From positions 252,332,173-252,351,324 of the forward strand of contig JANKJI020000002.1 of the NCBI GenBank assembly GCA_024626585.2: a stretch of DNA of 19,152 nt, read 5' to 3'. Positions 1-9,814 of the stretch are shown in pieces. The notes under the pieces were generated by a model that saw only the letters and a list, made by a program, of their open reading frames with translations, did no database searches and was not told the DNA's origin. A program made the translations under genes and the position numbers. Position 1 is the first letter of the stretch; every line of letters begins with the position of its first letter. The DNA is from Ginkgo biloba (Eukaryota > Plantae > Ginkgophyta).

Positions 1-628
1 AGACATGGGTTATCACTATTTCTTTATTTCAATAACTATCAATGAGATTATAATTCAACCGTTTAAGCAAAGGAGCTTGTTCAATTGATATGTCACCCAA
101 AAGAGATTAGACATTGCTAATCACTTTTCACCACTAGGGCTAACCTTGGGACAAGATTATCTCTATTACTATATAATGGTACAAGTGCATTAAGAAAATA
201 TATACTATGGCAAAATCATAGGCTTAGTTCTGACAATGTCAACTAAATTCTGAATCATTATATTATAATCATCTCTATTTTGGTAAAGTAACATTCAAAA
301 AACAGCTAAAACCATAAATTAAATTGAAGGTAAACTCATTTTAATCATAATCAGTGTAATTTCACAAACAAAAATACCAGAAACCACATTAACAGAATTA
401 CTTTAAGCTGTATGCTGTGTGACACTGCTGCATATATTCTGTTTGCCAGTCATATAGGTTCCTGTGCAGTGTGCCGGATATCCTAATTTGAGCCCAGTAA
501 AATATGGAAATAATTAAATCACATATATGCAGGCCACATGCACATACATAACAATGCAGCATGCACATGCAATAGAAGCTAATCATATATATATGGTTCA
601 AGAAAATGGTCTCCAATAAAGATCTCAC

Positions 629-829
629 CGGAAGAATGATCAAGTCATAAGCTGATACTGCAGCATCTCCAATAAGTTTATCTGCTACAATTTTCACATT
701 TCTAGATGCCACTATTTCTAATGTTTCTTCTACTGAAGCGACCACCACATCTGCATTGGCTCTTCTCAAAACATCAACAATTATAACAGCTTCCATCTCC
801 TCTGAACCATTAGCAACAGGCACAAGAAT
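629..829 (-). CDS. DJ1: Internal exon (67 aa, phase 0/0) of a plant DJ-1/PfpI family protein (DJ-1A/B/C type), start of the second DJ-1 domain
   Basis: Translation [67 protein letters not shown] contains the GxEExE motif (conserved active-site Glu) and the YDLIILP(GG) motif of DJ-1/ThiJ. Minus-strand acceptor is TTTTTCTTTTCAG|ATT (AG at 831-830) and donor is CCG|GTGAG (GT at 628-627). Homology ends exactly at these sites, and the exon has no stops. Confidence 0.95.
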
Positions 830-1090
830 CTGAAAAGAAAAATAACAAGTCACTGAAATTTAGTCCTGTCGACAAAAAATGATGGAAGGTTATGACAATC
901 ATCCAATTTCTCAAGACTGCTATACCATGACAGTTATATTATTTGCCACCAGATATGATTTCAATAAGGAGCAAAACTAGGTAGGCTCTGAAAAGAACTG
1001 TTGGGAGGGAGAGGGCAACCATATACAAATCATCACCTTTTGTGAAACATATAAAGTTTTCCATTATTTTTAAAGGCCCTAAATCTTATA

Positions 1091-1262
1091 CATAGTTTCC
1101 ACATTTCACTAAGGCNNNNNNNNNNNNNNNNNNNNNNNNNNNNNNNNNNNNGATCAAAAGAGTTACACACATTAGGTGAAGTCATGGTGTGTTGTAGCAT
1201 TAGTGTTTATCCATGAAAGCTCTGCTTGCCTTTAGGCAAGGAGTCTTGCCATCGGAACTAAA
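1091..1262. mobile_element. Possible degenerate hAT-type MITE
   Basis: Imperfect terminal inverted repeat CATAGTTTCCA ... TCGGAACTA, with AAGGC/GCC subterminal motifs resembling plant hAT MITEs. There is no 8-bp TSD and the element contains a gap. Confidence 0.3.
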
Positions 1263-1885
1263 ATGAATTAAATTATTAGAAGTTTCTAACCAGAGACTGC
1301 CATAAAATGCAAGGCCTATGCAAAACAGGTTTACAAATAATGGTTGTGTATTTATGGTTTACAGAATGAAAGATGGCAAGCTGGATAACCTTGAAAGATA
1401 CTCACACACAAAAGTAGCAGAGTAACAGGTGGTCCAGTTTTGTCATACCCTGTAAAATTCCTTCCCTCAATATGAAAAGTGTATAAAATCAAATCTGGTC
1501 TCACTTTGTTTAGCCCTGATATCTTCAAGAACACTTCATGGAAAATTCGAGAAAAGTAGCTTCCAGCAGCTTCCGTAAAGGAGAAAGAAAAATGCTCAAC
1601 CAGCATTATGGAAATTCAAATTCTGCCCTACAAATCTGGCCCACAAAAAAAAAAGGCGGCCTGACTGCAGAAAATTAGAGGATAACAACTTAAGAGAAAC
1701 AGAAAGATACCCTGAAATAGATTCAATAATTTCAATCATTCCAGCCAGACTATAGTAAATAGCCATTCAGATTTCAAGTATAACGGGCNNNNNNNNNNNN
1801 NNNNNNNNNNNNNNNNNNNNNNTAGCCCATATCCATGTGCTCCACTGCATAGGATGGGAAAGCAAAGTGGTCCATCGAGATATCA

Positions 1886-1911
1886 CTCAAATAGTCAGCT
1901 CAAATAGTCAG
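1886..1911. repeat. Perfect 13-bp tandem duplication (CTCAAATAGTCAG)x2
   Basis: Seen directly at 1886-1898 and 1899-1911. Confidence 0.95.
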
Positions 1912-2847
1912 CACATAAGATGAAGCTCCACTATAGACAACCAATAGCATCAATATAACACCCTGGATTGCATGCAAAATGAGGGAAATTCAGGCTATGT
2001 ATATGACATTCCTCCATAATATTGTTATGTAGAAAATACTTGTTATGATGGGTATGGGGGCAAACTAATTTGTTGCTTGGCATGTTAACGCAGACATTTT
2101 TCATCATGATTGATTCCCTTTCATAGAATCTGAATTGAACGTTACAATACACTAGATTTACCATATCCTCTTCTAAAGTTAAGTNNNNNNNNNNNNNNNN
2201 NNNNNNNNNNNNNNNNNNNNNNNNNNNNNNNNNNNNNNNNNNNNNNNNNNNNNNNNNNNNNNNNNNNNNNNNNNNNNNNNNNNNTGCAAAGTTCTTCCTT
2301 TGGAATGGCTTCTTGAAAGAGTCTGATTAGTTAAGCTCGACTGCTTCAACTTGTAAGGCAATATTTTCTACAACTTCCATTGTCCTTAGTTGAGGAATTT
2401 CCACCCCTTGCCAATATATGGGGTTTTAACCACACGTGAAATGAAAACAGATTAGGTACGACTAGGAAATGTTTCCCAACTATACCCTAACAGTACCCAT
2501 TTTGGATACAGCCAGGAGCCCTTTCACGATTGTTTCCTAGCAAGAAGCGACCGCTCCCCTTTGTTTTTTCTTATAAAACTAAAAAAATATTTCAAAAAAA
2601 AAAACTAACTAGCAAACATAAAGTAAAACCCTAGAAGCAATTTTTCGATACAAATAAGCCATTTTGGCCATTGCAAACTTAGCCTAGCTTCATATTTTCA
2701 CTATTGTTTTTTCCTACACTTTTTTTTTTTTTTTTTTTNNNNNNNNNNAGCATTTTTAGCCTTCTTCGATGACATTTTCGTGTGGACAGTTGAAGCAAAC
2801 ACCGAACAACCAAGGGAAATGAGGATGGCAAGTTTATGGGTTGATTT

Positions 2848-3469
2848 TTGTGGGATAATTTTATCAAGGACACACAGAGGGGGTGCAAGAGATGGCAGTG
2901 CAATGAGTGTGGGAAGGACTACAATAGTTCCTACTCTATAGTGAATGCCCATCTCTTGTACATCACCAAAATTGAGGTGAAGGTGTGTCCAAAAGTAAAC
3001 AATGCAAGGAAGGAGGGTTTTATTAGAGAGCAAGAAGTTGCTGAAAGGGCTTCTCAGAGAGCATCTATCAACCCTTTCCAAAAGGGGCCTTCTACTTTAA
3101 TGAGTCCACCCCCATCTATGTTGAAGGTTGACCATGCATCTTGTAAAAGGACCAAAGAAATGAGACAATTAGAGAAGATGATGGACAAAGGCAGAAGAGA
3201 GGAAGTCGACAGTCATGTTGCAAGATGCATCTATGCATGCAGCATCTCATTCAATGTGGTCCGCTCACCTTACTAGCAAGATATGGTGAGGCCCATAAAT
3301 GATGGTCCCGAGGGATATAAGAGTCTCTCATTTGAAAAGGTGCAAACCACACTGCTCATAAAGGAAAAATCTCTTATGGAGAAGACTATAAGATCCATCA
3401 AAGCTTCTTGGCAAACAACCAGTGTCTCAATTGTTTTTTATGGGTGGACAGATGCAAGGAATAGGCCCT
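2848..3469 (+). pseudogene. hAT-superfamily transposase pseudogene (BED-like zinc finger + DUF659 region)
   Basis: LWD...KRWQCNECGKDYNSSYSIVNAHLL...KVCPKV (C-x2-C...H...C finger) is followed in the same frame by VARCIYACSISFNVVRSPY*QDMV...GPEGYKSLSFEKVQTTLL.KEK...IKASWQTTSVSIVFYGWTDARNRP. This matches the plant DUF659 hAT pattern. There is an in-frame TAG at 3274-3276 (likely from TGG), the catalytic SDGW has decayed to FYGW, and the sequence runs into a gap at 3470. Confidence 0.9.
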
Positions 3470-3861
3470 NNNNNNNNNNNNNNNNNNNNNNNNNNNNNNN
3501 NNNNNNNNNNNNNNNNNNNNNNNNNNNNNNNNNNNNNNNNNNNNNNNNNNNNNNNNNNNNNNNNNNNNNATTGTGTTTTTACTATGTAAGCAGTGTCATT
3601 GCATTCAACTCCAAATTTTTGCGTGTTTTATCAACGAATGAGTTTTAGTGTTGTTGGACTTCAATCGCCCACACGAATCGCTCAACTGATCCTTACATAA
3701 TGAGCCACTTCTTCAGGTCGTTCGTCTCTCTCACGTCGCTCATTCCTTCTCGTTGCTCTCAGCTCCTGAAGCCGTTCAAAAAATCTCTAGCAAAATGGAT
3801 TTGTTTTAGAGTTGTTCTTCAAGGAGAGACTCCTGCCATAGATTTTCTACACGATTTGTTC

Positions 3862-3879
3862 GCCCCATGATGGGCGCCA
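3862..3879 (-). promoter_or_regulatory. tRNA-Lys(CUU)-type primer binding site (PBS)
   Basis: Minus strand reads TGGCGCCCATCATGGGGC versus TGGCGCCCACCGTGGGGC, the complement of the plant tRNA-Lys 3' end including CCA. This is 16/18, and both mismatches are transitions in a CCG context. Confidence 0.8.
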
Positions 3880-4082
3880 AACCCAAAAAGCAAACCAAAC
3901 ACAGACGCCAAGAACAAAACCCGGTTCCTTTAAAAAATGAATCACATTAATGATCTTTCAAAACGTCATGCTAACGAATGAACGCCTAACAAACTCCACG
4001 ATTTCTGAAGTTCCATGAAATCATTCTTCAACGTTTCTGCTCTTTGCCAAAAAACGATGTTTGACCCCACGATCTCAACTCC

Positions 4083-4094
4083 GCTTTGATACCA
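4083..4094 (-). promoter_or_regulatory. tRNA-iMet primer binding site
   Basis: Minus strand reads ...CTAACA-TT-TGGTATCAAAGC, 11/12 to canonical TGGTATCAGAGC, 2 nt after an LTR-type CA end. Confidence 0.85.
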
Positions 4095-4096
4095 AA

Positions 4097-4444
4097 TGTT
4101 AGAATTTGGTATTCACAAGTAACTACAAATCAATCAAACATAGAGAACATATGACACACATATGTTGGGTACTGTGTATCCTCTAAACTCTCCAATGTAT
4201 AGTCACATAGAATAATACAATGCAATGTACAATCATGATACAATAATTACAAATAAATAGAGCTCATGGGAGCCATGTGTACAATATGCACAAGCTTGCC
4301 ATATTTNNNNNNNNNNNNNNNNNNNNNNNNNNNNNNNNNNNNNGCTAGACAACTTAACTTGTCATAACTTAAAGTACAACTAAAAATACACCTAATGTGC
4401 AAATAACATGACAAGTGACATGTGGTGAACATTCTTATCCAACA
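4097..4444 (-). mobile_element. 5' LTR (~350 bp) of an LTR retrotransposon inserted into a gypsy protease region
   Basis: Termini are TG...CA with an imperfect TIR (plus strand TGTTAGAA ... ATCCAACA). The PBS(Met) is adjacent, and a TATA-like CTCTATTTAT lies on the minus strand at ~4253-4262. Protease homology of the flanking element stops abruptly at 4445 (PKKDLG|). An alternative end at 4408 (TAACA) is possible. Confidence 0.7.
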
Positions 4445-5962
4445 CCTAAATCTTTCTTGGGCCGCAAGACAACAAAATCGACAAGGTGCTCCCAATTAGC
4501 CAAAGAAAGCATGACATTGTCAAACATCACGTCTAGTTTCACTATGGATTGATCGGCCNNNNNNNNNNNGTGAGTGGGCCTCAATCTAGGGAGTTGCAAC
4601 ATTTTCATTGTCTCCAATGTTATCATATTGATGGATGCCCTGAGGTCCACCAAAACTCTTGGAATCTTAGTATTACCGATGCAAACATCAACTAAGGGAG
4701 TCCCTGGGTCTTCGTATTTTAGCACATGCTCTTTTCCCAAGAGGACGTCTAAGGTTGCCCCAACCACATTGATTTTGACTGTATCTTTCTTCTTCTTAAT
4801 CGNNNNNNNNNNACACACACCTCTCTAACTTGCTTTGCATAGATTGGGGTATCCTAACAGCTTGTATCAAAGGGATTTTAACAAAAATGTTATTCAACTC
4901 GTTCCCAAAATTGAACTTAATTTCCTCCTCCTTAGATTCTGGGCTCTCCATCCTCTAAGGGAAGGGAATGACAGGTGTGGCTTTAGTAGAAGGAGCATCC
5001 TCCCTTAGTTTTAATTTGGGAAGCTCTTGAATAATAACCTTTTCCTTCTTTTATGACACCGAGGTGCTGGACCTTCAATAATCTTGCCTGATTATAATGA
5101 GATATTCGCACAATGTTGAGTCTCTAAAATGACATGCTCTTCAACAAAATTCTGCATAGGCCATTAAGGTTGATTATACAACTTTATTGAATAAGAATTA
5201 TACCATTGCTTGTTAATGAAAGTATTCAGAACAACCTATGAAAGCAACATCAATTGAGGGTTCTATGAAGGTGGATGAGTTTGAGTGGGATTAGTAGGTC
5301 TTATGGGTTTTGGAAGACTTGGAAGGTATTGAGAGGAGGCTGCTAATAATTCATCTGATTCATAAGATTAACATATGAATTGCCAGACATAAGAGGATAA
5401 AGAGGGTGACGTGGGGGATAAAATTAGGGAGGATATGAAGGATCTGGACATATCTATGTTAAAAGTTCCTTCCATACTGATAGTTATTAAAAGGGGGTCG
5501 AGAGTATAAATACATACTGAGAGGATATCTCGGGGTTTCTTGATATGATTCATATCTACCCTCCATTCTATCATTCATTTGATTCCATCCTCCTCTCATA
5601 TTATACATTTATTCCAAGCATACCTGAGTGAATGCATCATTGTCTCCATTTGTTATTTCCTTTGTCTTTCGTAGAAGTTATAGATCTTCTACTTTCTTAG
5701 TGGTGGCAACATCCATCTCACATTAATTTTTTAGATGTTTATTTCTGTATATTGGGCAAAAGATTGATAAAGTTGGACTATTAGCAGGTTCCTTTTGTTT
5801 CATCCTCAACTCAGGAATGGTTAACTATTTTGCAACTAAGGGCAATATATCTTATTTCAAATCCACCAATAAATATGTAAGTTTTGTGTTGTTTATTATC
5901 TTTATTTGCTTCAATAATTATCTTAAAAACTTCTTTACTGTAACAATAATGGAGGGTCTCCT
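4445..5962 (-). mobile_element. Degenerate Ty3/gypsy (Athila/Tat-like, non-chromovirus) gag-aspartic protease remnant, element A
   Basis: Readable motifs are VIPFP*R, FNFGNELNNIFVKIPLIQAVR/DTPIYAKQVREVC and KYEDPGTPLVDVCIGNTKIPRVLVDLRASINMI...LRPT...ADQSIVKL...VDFVVLRPKKDLG. The DLGAS active site has decayed to DLRAS. The upstream gag part (5000-5960) is only weakly recognisable. Confidence 0.85.
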
Positions 5963-6574
5963 NNNNNNNNNNNNNNNNNNNNNNNNNNNNNNNNNNNNNN
6001 NNNNNNNNNNNNNNNNNNNNNNNNNNNNNNNNNNNNNNNNNNNNNNNNNNNNNNNNNNNNNNNNNNNNNNNNNNNNNNNNNNNNNNNNNNNNNNNNNNNN
6101 NNNNNNNNNNNNNNNNNNNNNNNNNNNNNNNNNNNNNNNNNNNNNNNNNNNNNNNNNNNNNNNNNNNNNNNNNNNNNNNNNNNNNNNNNNNNNNNNNNNN
6201 NNNNNNNNNNNNNNNNNNNNNNNNNNNNNNNNNNNNNNNNNNNNNNNNNNNNNNNNNNNNNNNNNNNNNNNNNNNNNNNNNNNNNNNNNNNNNNNNNNNN
6301 NNNNNNNNNNNNNNNNNNNNNNNNNNNNNNNNNNNNNNNNNNNNNNNNNNNNNNNNNNNNNNNNNNNNNNNNNNNNNNNNNNNNNNNNNNNNNNNNNNNN
6401 NNNNNNNNNNNNNNNNNNNNNNNNNNNNNNNNNNNNNNNNNNNNNNNNNNNNNNNNNNNNNNNNNNNNNNNNNNNNNNNNNNNNNNNNNNNNNNNNNNNN
6501 NNNNNNNNNNNNNNNNNNNNNNNNNNNNNNNNNNNNNNNNNNNNNNNNNNNNNNNNNNNNNNNNNNNNNNNNNT

Positions 6575-8450
6575 CCATCCAAGAAGGAACAAATCTCATG
6601 CCCTACAACTTCATCTAGAAAACTATCTATGAAAGGGATTGGGAAGGGGTCCTTTGTGCCTACATCCAACTACTAAAAATCTACATAGATGTGCAACTTG
6701 TCATTTTTCTTTCAAATCACAATGGGAGAAACTCAGCCACTAGTACTTACTTTGAAGATTATCCCAGCATCCAGCATCTTCCCAATCTCTTATTCAACTT
6801 GTTCTACATATTTTGGGTTCATGCAATATGCACATTGCTTTAGTGTTGGGTAAGAGCTCGATCTAATGTCCATATAACTCCCAAGGAACTCCCTTCAAAT
6901 TGTGGTAAGTCCATGCGGNNNNNNNNNNTGAATTCTTTGAAGATGTTTATGGCCACTGCAATAAATGTTGGATTCCAAGAGCTCTCAGTTATAACATTTT
7001 GAGGATGTTCTTTCGTACCCAAGTTAGCTTCCATAGTTGTTGTACCTTCATAAAGAATCTCCTCCTGATTGGGAAATGAATATGCCAATGTCACCTCCAT
7101 GCTTTTCTCCTCATATTGCAATTCCAAGAAGTGTAGTGGATAAGTGTTTGATTTCTCGTGCATTCTCTCTCCCTTGTCTTACTTGTTCTCTAAATTGTTC
7201 TGTATAGTATTCACACTAGTGGTCTAATCATCTTGGTTCTCCCTCATACTGCCCCAACTACTAATGTAAAACATCGTTATCCGAAAGGACATCCTCCTCC
7301 AAACATGGATATAAGATCATCAAGCCATCTTCTGTCAACTCACATGGTGCATCACTGGACGATGTTTTACCTCTATCGTCATCATCTTCATTGCCTACGC
7401 TAGAACTCGATGTGAGTTCCTCGCTCACCATACGATTTCTCAAATCAATACAAATCCCTTTCCATTCTATTTCATGGACAAAGTATCTCTTCCCCAATGT
7501 TAAATCACTCTTACCTATCTTCGCCATGATCATTTGAGTAGTGTAAGGTAATATGGTTTCCCCTATACATTGGAATGACCATGAAATCCGCTTTGAAAAT
7601 TTGTCTTGAAATGTGAATAACTCGCCCCATCAACAATCCTCGCGGCTTCCACCCACCTTTGGTTTGCCATCCTTGATCAAAGTCTTGACAACCAAAGTGT
7701 CATTCAACGAAGTTGTCACCATACGGTCTTAGAGATAATGCTCACTCCCAATCTGTTGTCCATAACGCTCTGTGTCAATTCCCAATCCATTATCTTAACG
7801 GTAATCTCTATCAAATGATCTTCCCAAACTNNNNNNNNNNNNNNNNNNNNNNNNNNNNNNNNNNNNCCAAAAATACATCATTTTCAATTGGTTTTCTCGT
7901 TATCGCGCATTTGACTATGATTGTCGTCTTATAAACATTGGGGTCATCCTCTACGCTCCTGCCTAGGCTTGTTGAACCAATGTTTCTTCCATGCTTGGGA
8001 TGACGGCAATCAAAGTGGCCAATTCAACTGGGACTACCAACTGTGGGACTTCTTTTGCCAAGTTGGTATGGGATAATTTTGCTCGGTTCACNNNNNNNNN
8101 NNNNNNNNNNNNNNNNNNNNNNNNNNNNNNNNNNNNNNNNNNNNNNNNNNNNNNNNNNNNNNNNNNNNNNNNNNNNNNNNNNNNNNNNNNNTGGGACAAC
8201 ATATTTCTTTTGTATTTCGGCAACAAGCCTTCCATGAACCAGCTTCACTTCAAGCCCTCTGTGACTTGGGACTGTCAATACAACTAAGGAATGATCCCAT
8301 CATAGTTTGTCAGACCATCGTCAGGTGATTCTCGGACATTCAATTGTCATATGGTAGTTCCCCTTCAACATCCAACCATCCCCACTATCTCTTGTATCGG
8401 CTAAGGTTGCTCTTGACTTATAAAAAATGTCAGGGCTAATCACAATACAA
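6575..8450 (-). mobile_element. Degenerate Ty3/gypsy (non-chromovirus) gag-protease-RT remnant, element B
   Basis: gag: QVTEGLK*SWFMEGLLPKYKRNM (~8200-8360). Protease: IEITVKIMDWELTQSVMDNRLGVSIISKTVW...RMANQRWVE (~7640-7820, cf. VLDGGSGVNII...MADQ). Spacer: ANLGTKEHPQNV..SSWNP. RT N-terminus: AWTYHNLKGVP...KKNDKLHICVDF..LDVGTKDPFPIPFIDSFLDEVVGHEICSFLDG (6575-6920). The domain order is gag-PR-RT, with many stops and frameshifts. Confidence 0.9.
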
Positions 8451-8680
8451 AATNNNNNNNNNNNNNNNNNNNNNNNNNNNNNNNNNNNNNNTTGTAGAGA
8501 TAGTTCACCTTCTAGTCAAATCCAACGAATGTTCACCCTTCAATGACCTTTCAACTTCTAGTAACTATGTTAGGCATCAATCAATTTTGTTAGTTCCTCA
8601 ATAGAGGTCATTTTGGCAATTGCATGCATCCATGCCACCCCATGAGCTCACCACTAGAGAATAAGCCCTTAGGCTTAAAA

Positions 8681-9140
8681 GGGTGCCAAATGGTGCTTGT
8701 AGCAAATTGGGCTACAAAAGACTATGTTAATTAACCTATAGTTGCAACATTATCCAAGTACGTTGGTGGGAAATATAGAAATCAATTGCAGAAGTGGATT
8801 CTCTTGCAAGATACCCATGGTAAGACTGAAATCCATTCTAGAAACAATTGCTTGTCATGGTTAAGGGGTATTACTCAAAAGCCTATTGTCACAAGGTTTC
8901 CTTGCAATTAAAGTTGCTTGTGACCTACTTTAGTTCTCGTGTATTTGCACTTTCTACTCCACATTGGTGAAAGACAGTTGCAAAGGGTGGAAGTTGATGT
9001 GAGCGCAGATGTTCAGGTAGGGACACTAGTAAGAAATATGACTAGTGGCAACCAGATAGATACATGGGATATGTTTCATGGCCAACAAAGGAAAGACTAT
9101 AGGAAATGCAAATAATGCCAAAACTAGCAACTGTACACAT
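8681..9140 (-). mobile_element. Putative PBS (TGGCACCC) and 5' LTR of gypsy element B
   Basis: Minus strand reads ...CA-TT-TGGCACCC at 8692-8681, in the expected position and orientation upstream of element B gag. The far end of the LTR is not defined. Confidence 0.45.
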
Positions 9141-9424
9141 ATTACCATCCAAGGTCTATGGTGTCTTTCTTAAAGTAAATAAATTGTTAATACACCCCTT
9201 GGTAGGGGTCCTCGAGTGTACATATCTTGTATTCTTGTGTGAAGGGGTATAGGAACTAGAGGTTCATATTGGTTATCTCATGGTTAGAGAAAAAAAGAAA
9301 TTTCTAGTTGATCTATACACCTCTCACTAATCTAAGACTAGTAAGGGGTTCTTGGGGACACCCCCCCTGGGATAGGCTAGAATAAGGAGGTGATCAACTG
9401 GGTAAAATGACAACTAGATTAGCT

Positions 9425-9814
9425 CTAAAATAATGACCTCCTAAAAATAACCATCTCTTTGATAAATAAGGATAAACACCTATGGTTCTAGAATCTAAAT
9501 AAGGTAGTTAGTGATCCCCCTCCCTCTCTAAAAAGAAAATAGTAGCATCCTTTGATCTTATAGTACCTTAAGCACAAAAAAATAAAGTGTTCTTCTACCT
9601 CAATCTCTATAAAGGAATAAAGCCTACATATATGTTTTTCCCTAGGAATATGGTGGTTTTTCTCTACATGTAACTGATATAAAAAAACTTTGATCTAGCC
9701 AAGGGGGAACTTGAGACCATGAGATAAGTGATACCTAAGATAATCTAGTCGAATGATAGCCCTATTTGAGATATGAAGGAAATATTCCAAATAAAATATA
9801 AGTTTGGTGTTGAG
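9425..9814 (-). mobile_element. 3' end of a non-LTR retrotransposon ORF2 (RTE-X-like, C-terminal CCHC zinc knuckle), copy 1
   Basis: One frame reads IPREKHICRLYSFIEIEVEEHFIFLCLRYYKIKGCYYFLFREGGGSLTTLFRF*NHRCLSLFIKEM (9649-9450). It fits the IPRE.RIC..C...E.E.EEHF...C..Y pattern and is homologous to 18266-18445. Confidence 0.8.

Noticed and set aside
398-628. C-terminal 76 aa of the 151-aa ORF (VRSLLETIF...)
   Set aside because: This is read-through into the intron after the GTGAG donor and has no DJ-1 similarity.
2430-2634. CACGTG G-box and AAACCCTA telo-box (another TAGGGTTT near 16167)
   Set aside because: These are short motifs inside TE-derived sequence with no independent evidence of function.
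2679-3081. Minus-strand ORFs of 74 and 126 aa
   Set aside because: They are antisense to the hAT transposase and run through a poly(T) run and a gap.
3810-3879. Possible tRNA-Lys gene
   Set aside because: Only the 3' ~20 nt match and CCA is encoded. There is no 5' half or cloverleaf, so it is a PBS, not a gene.
5811-6632. Long ORFs of 224-271 aa, and similar ORFs at 7963-8287, 9762-10007 and 11505-11870
   Set aside because: They are artefacts of translating through N gaps.
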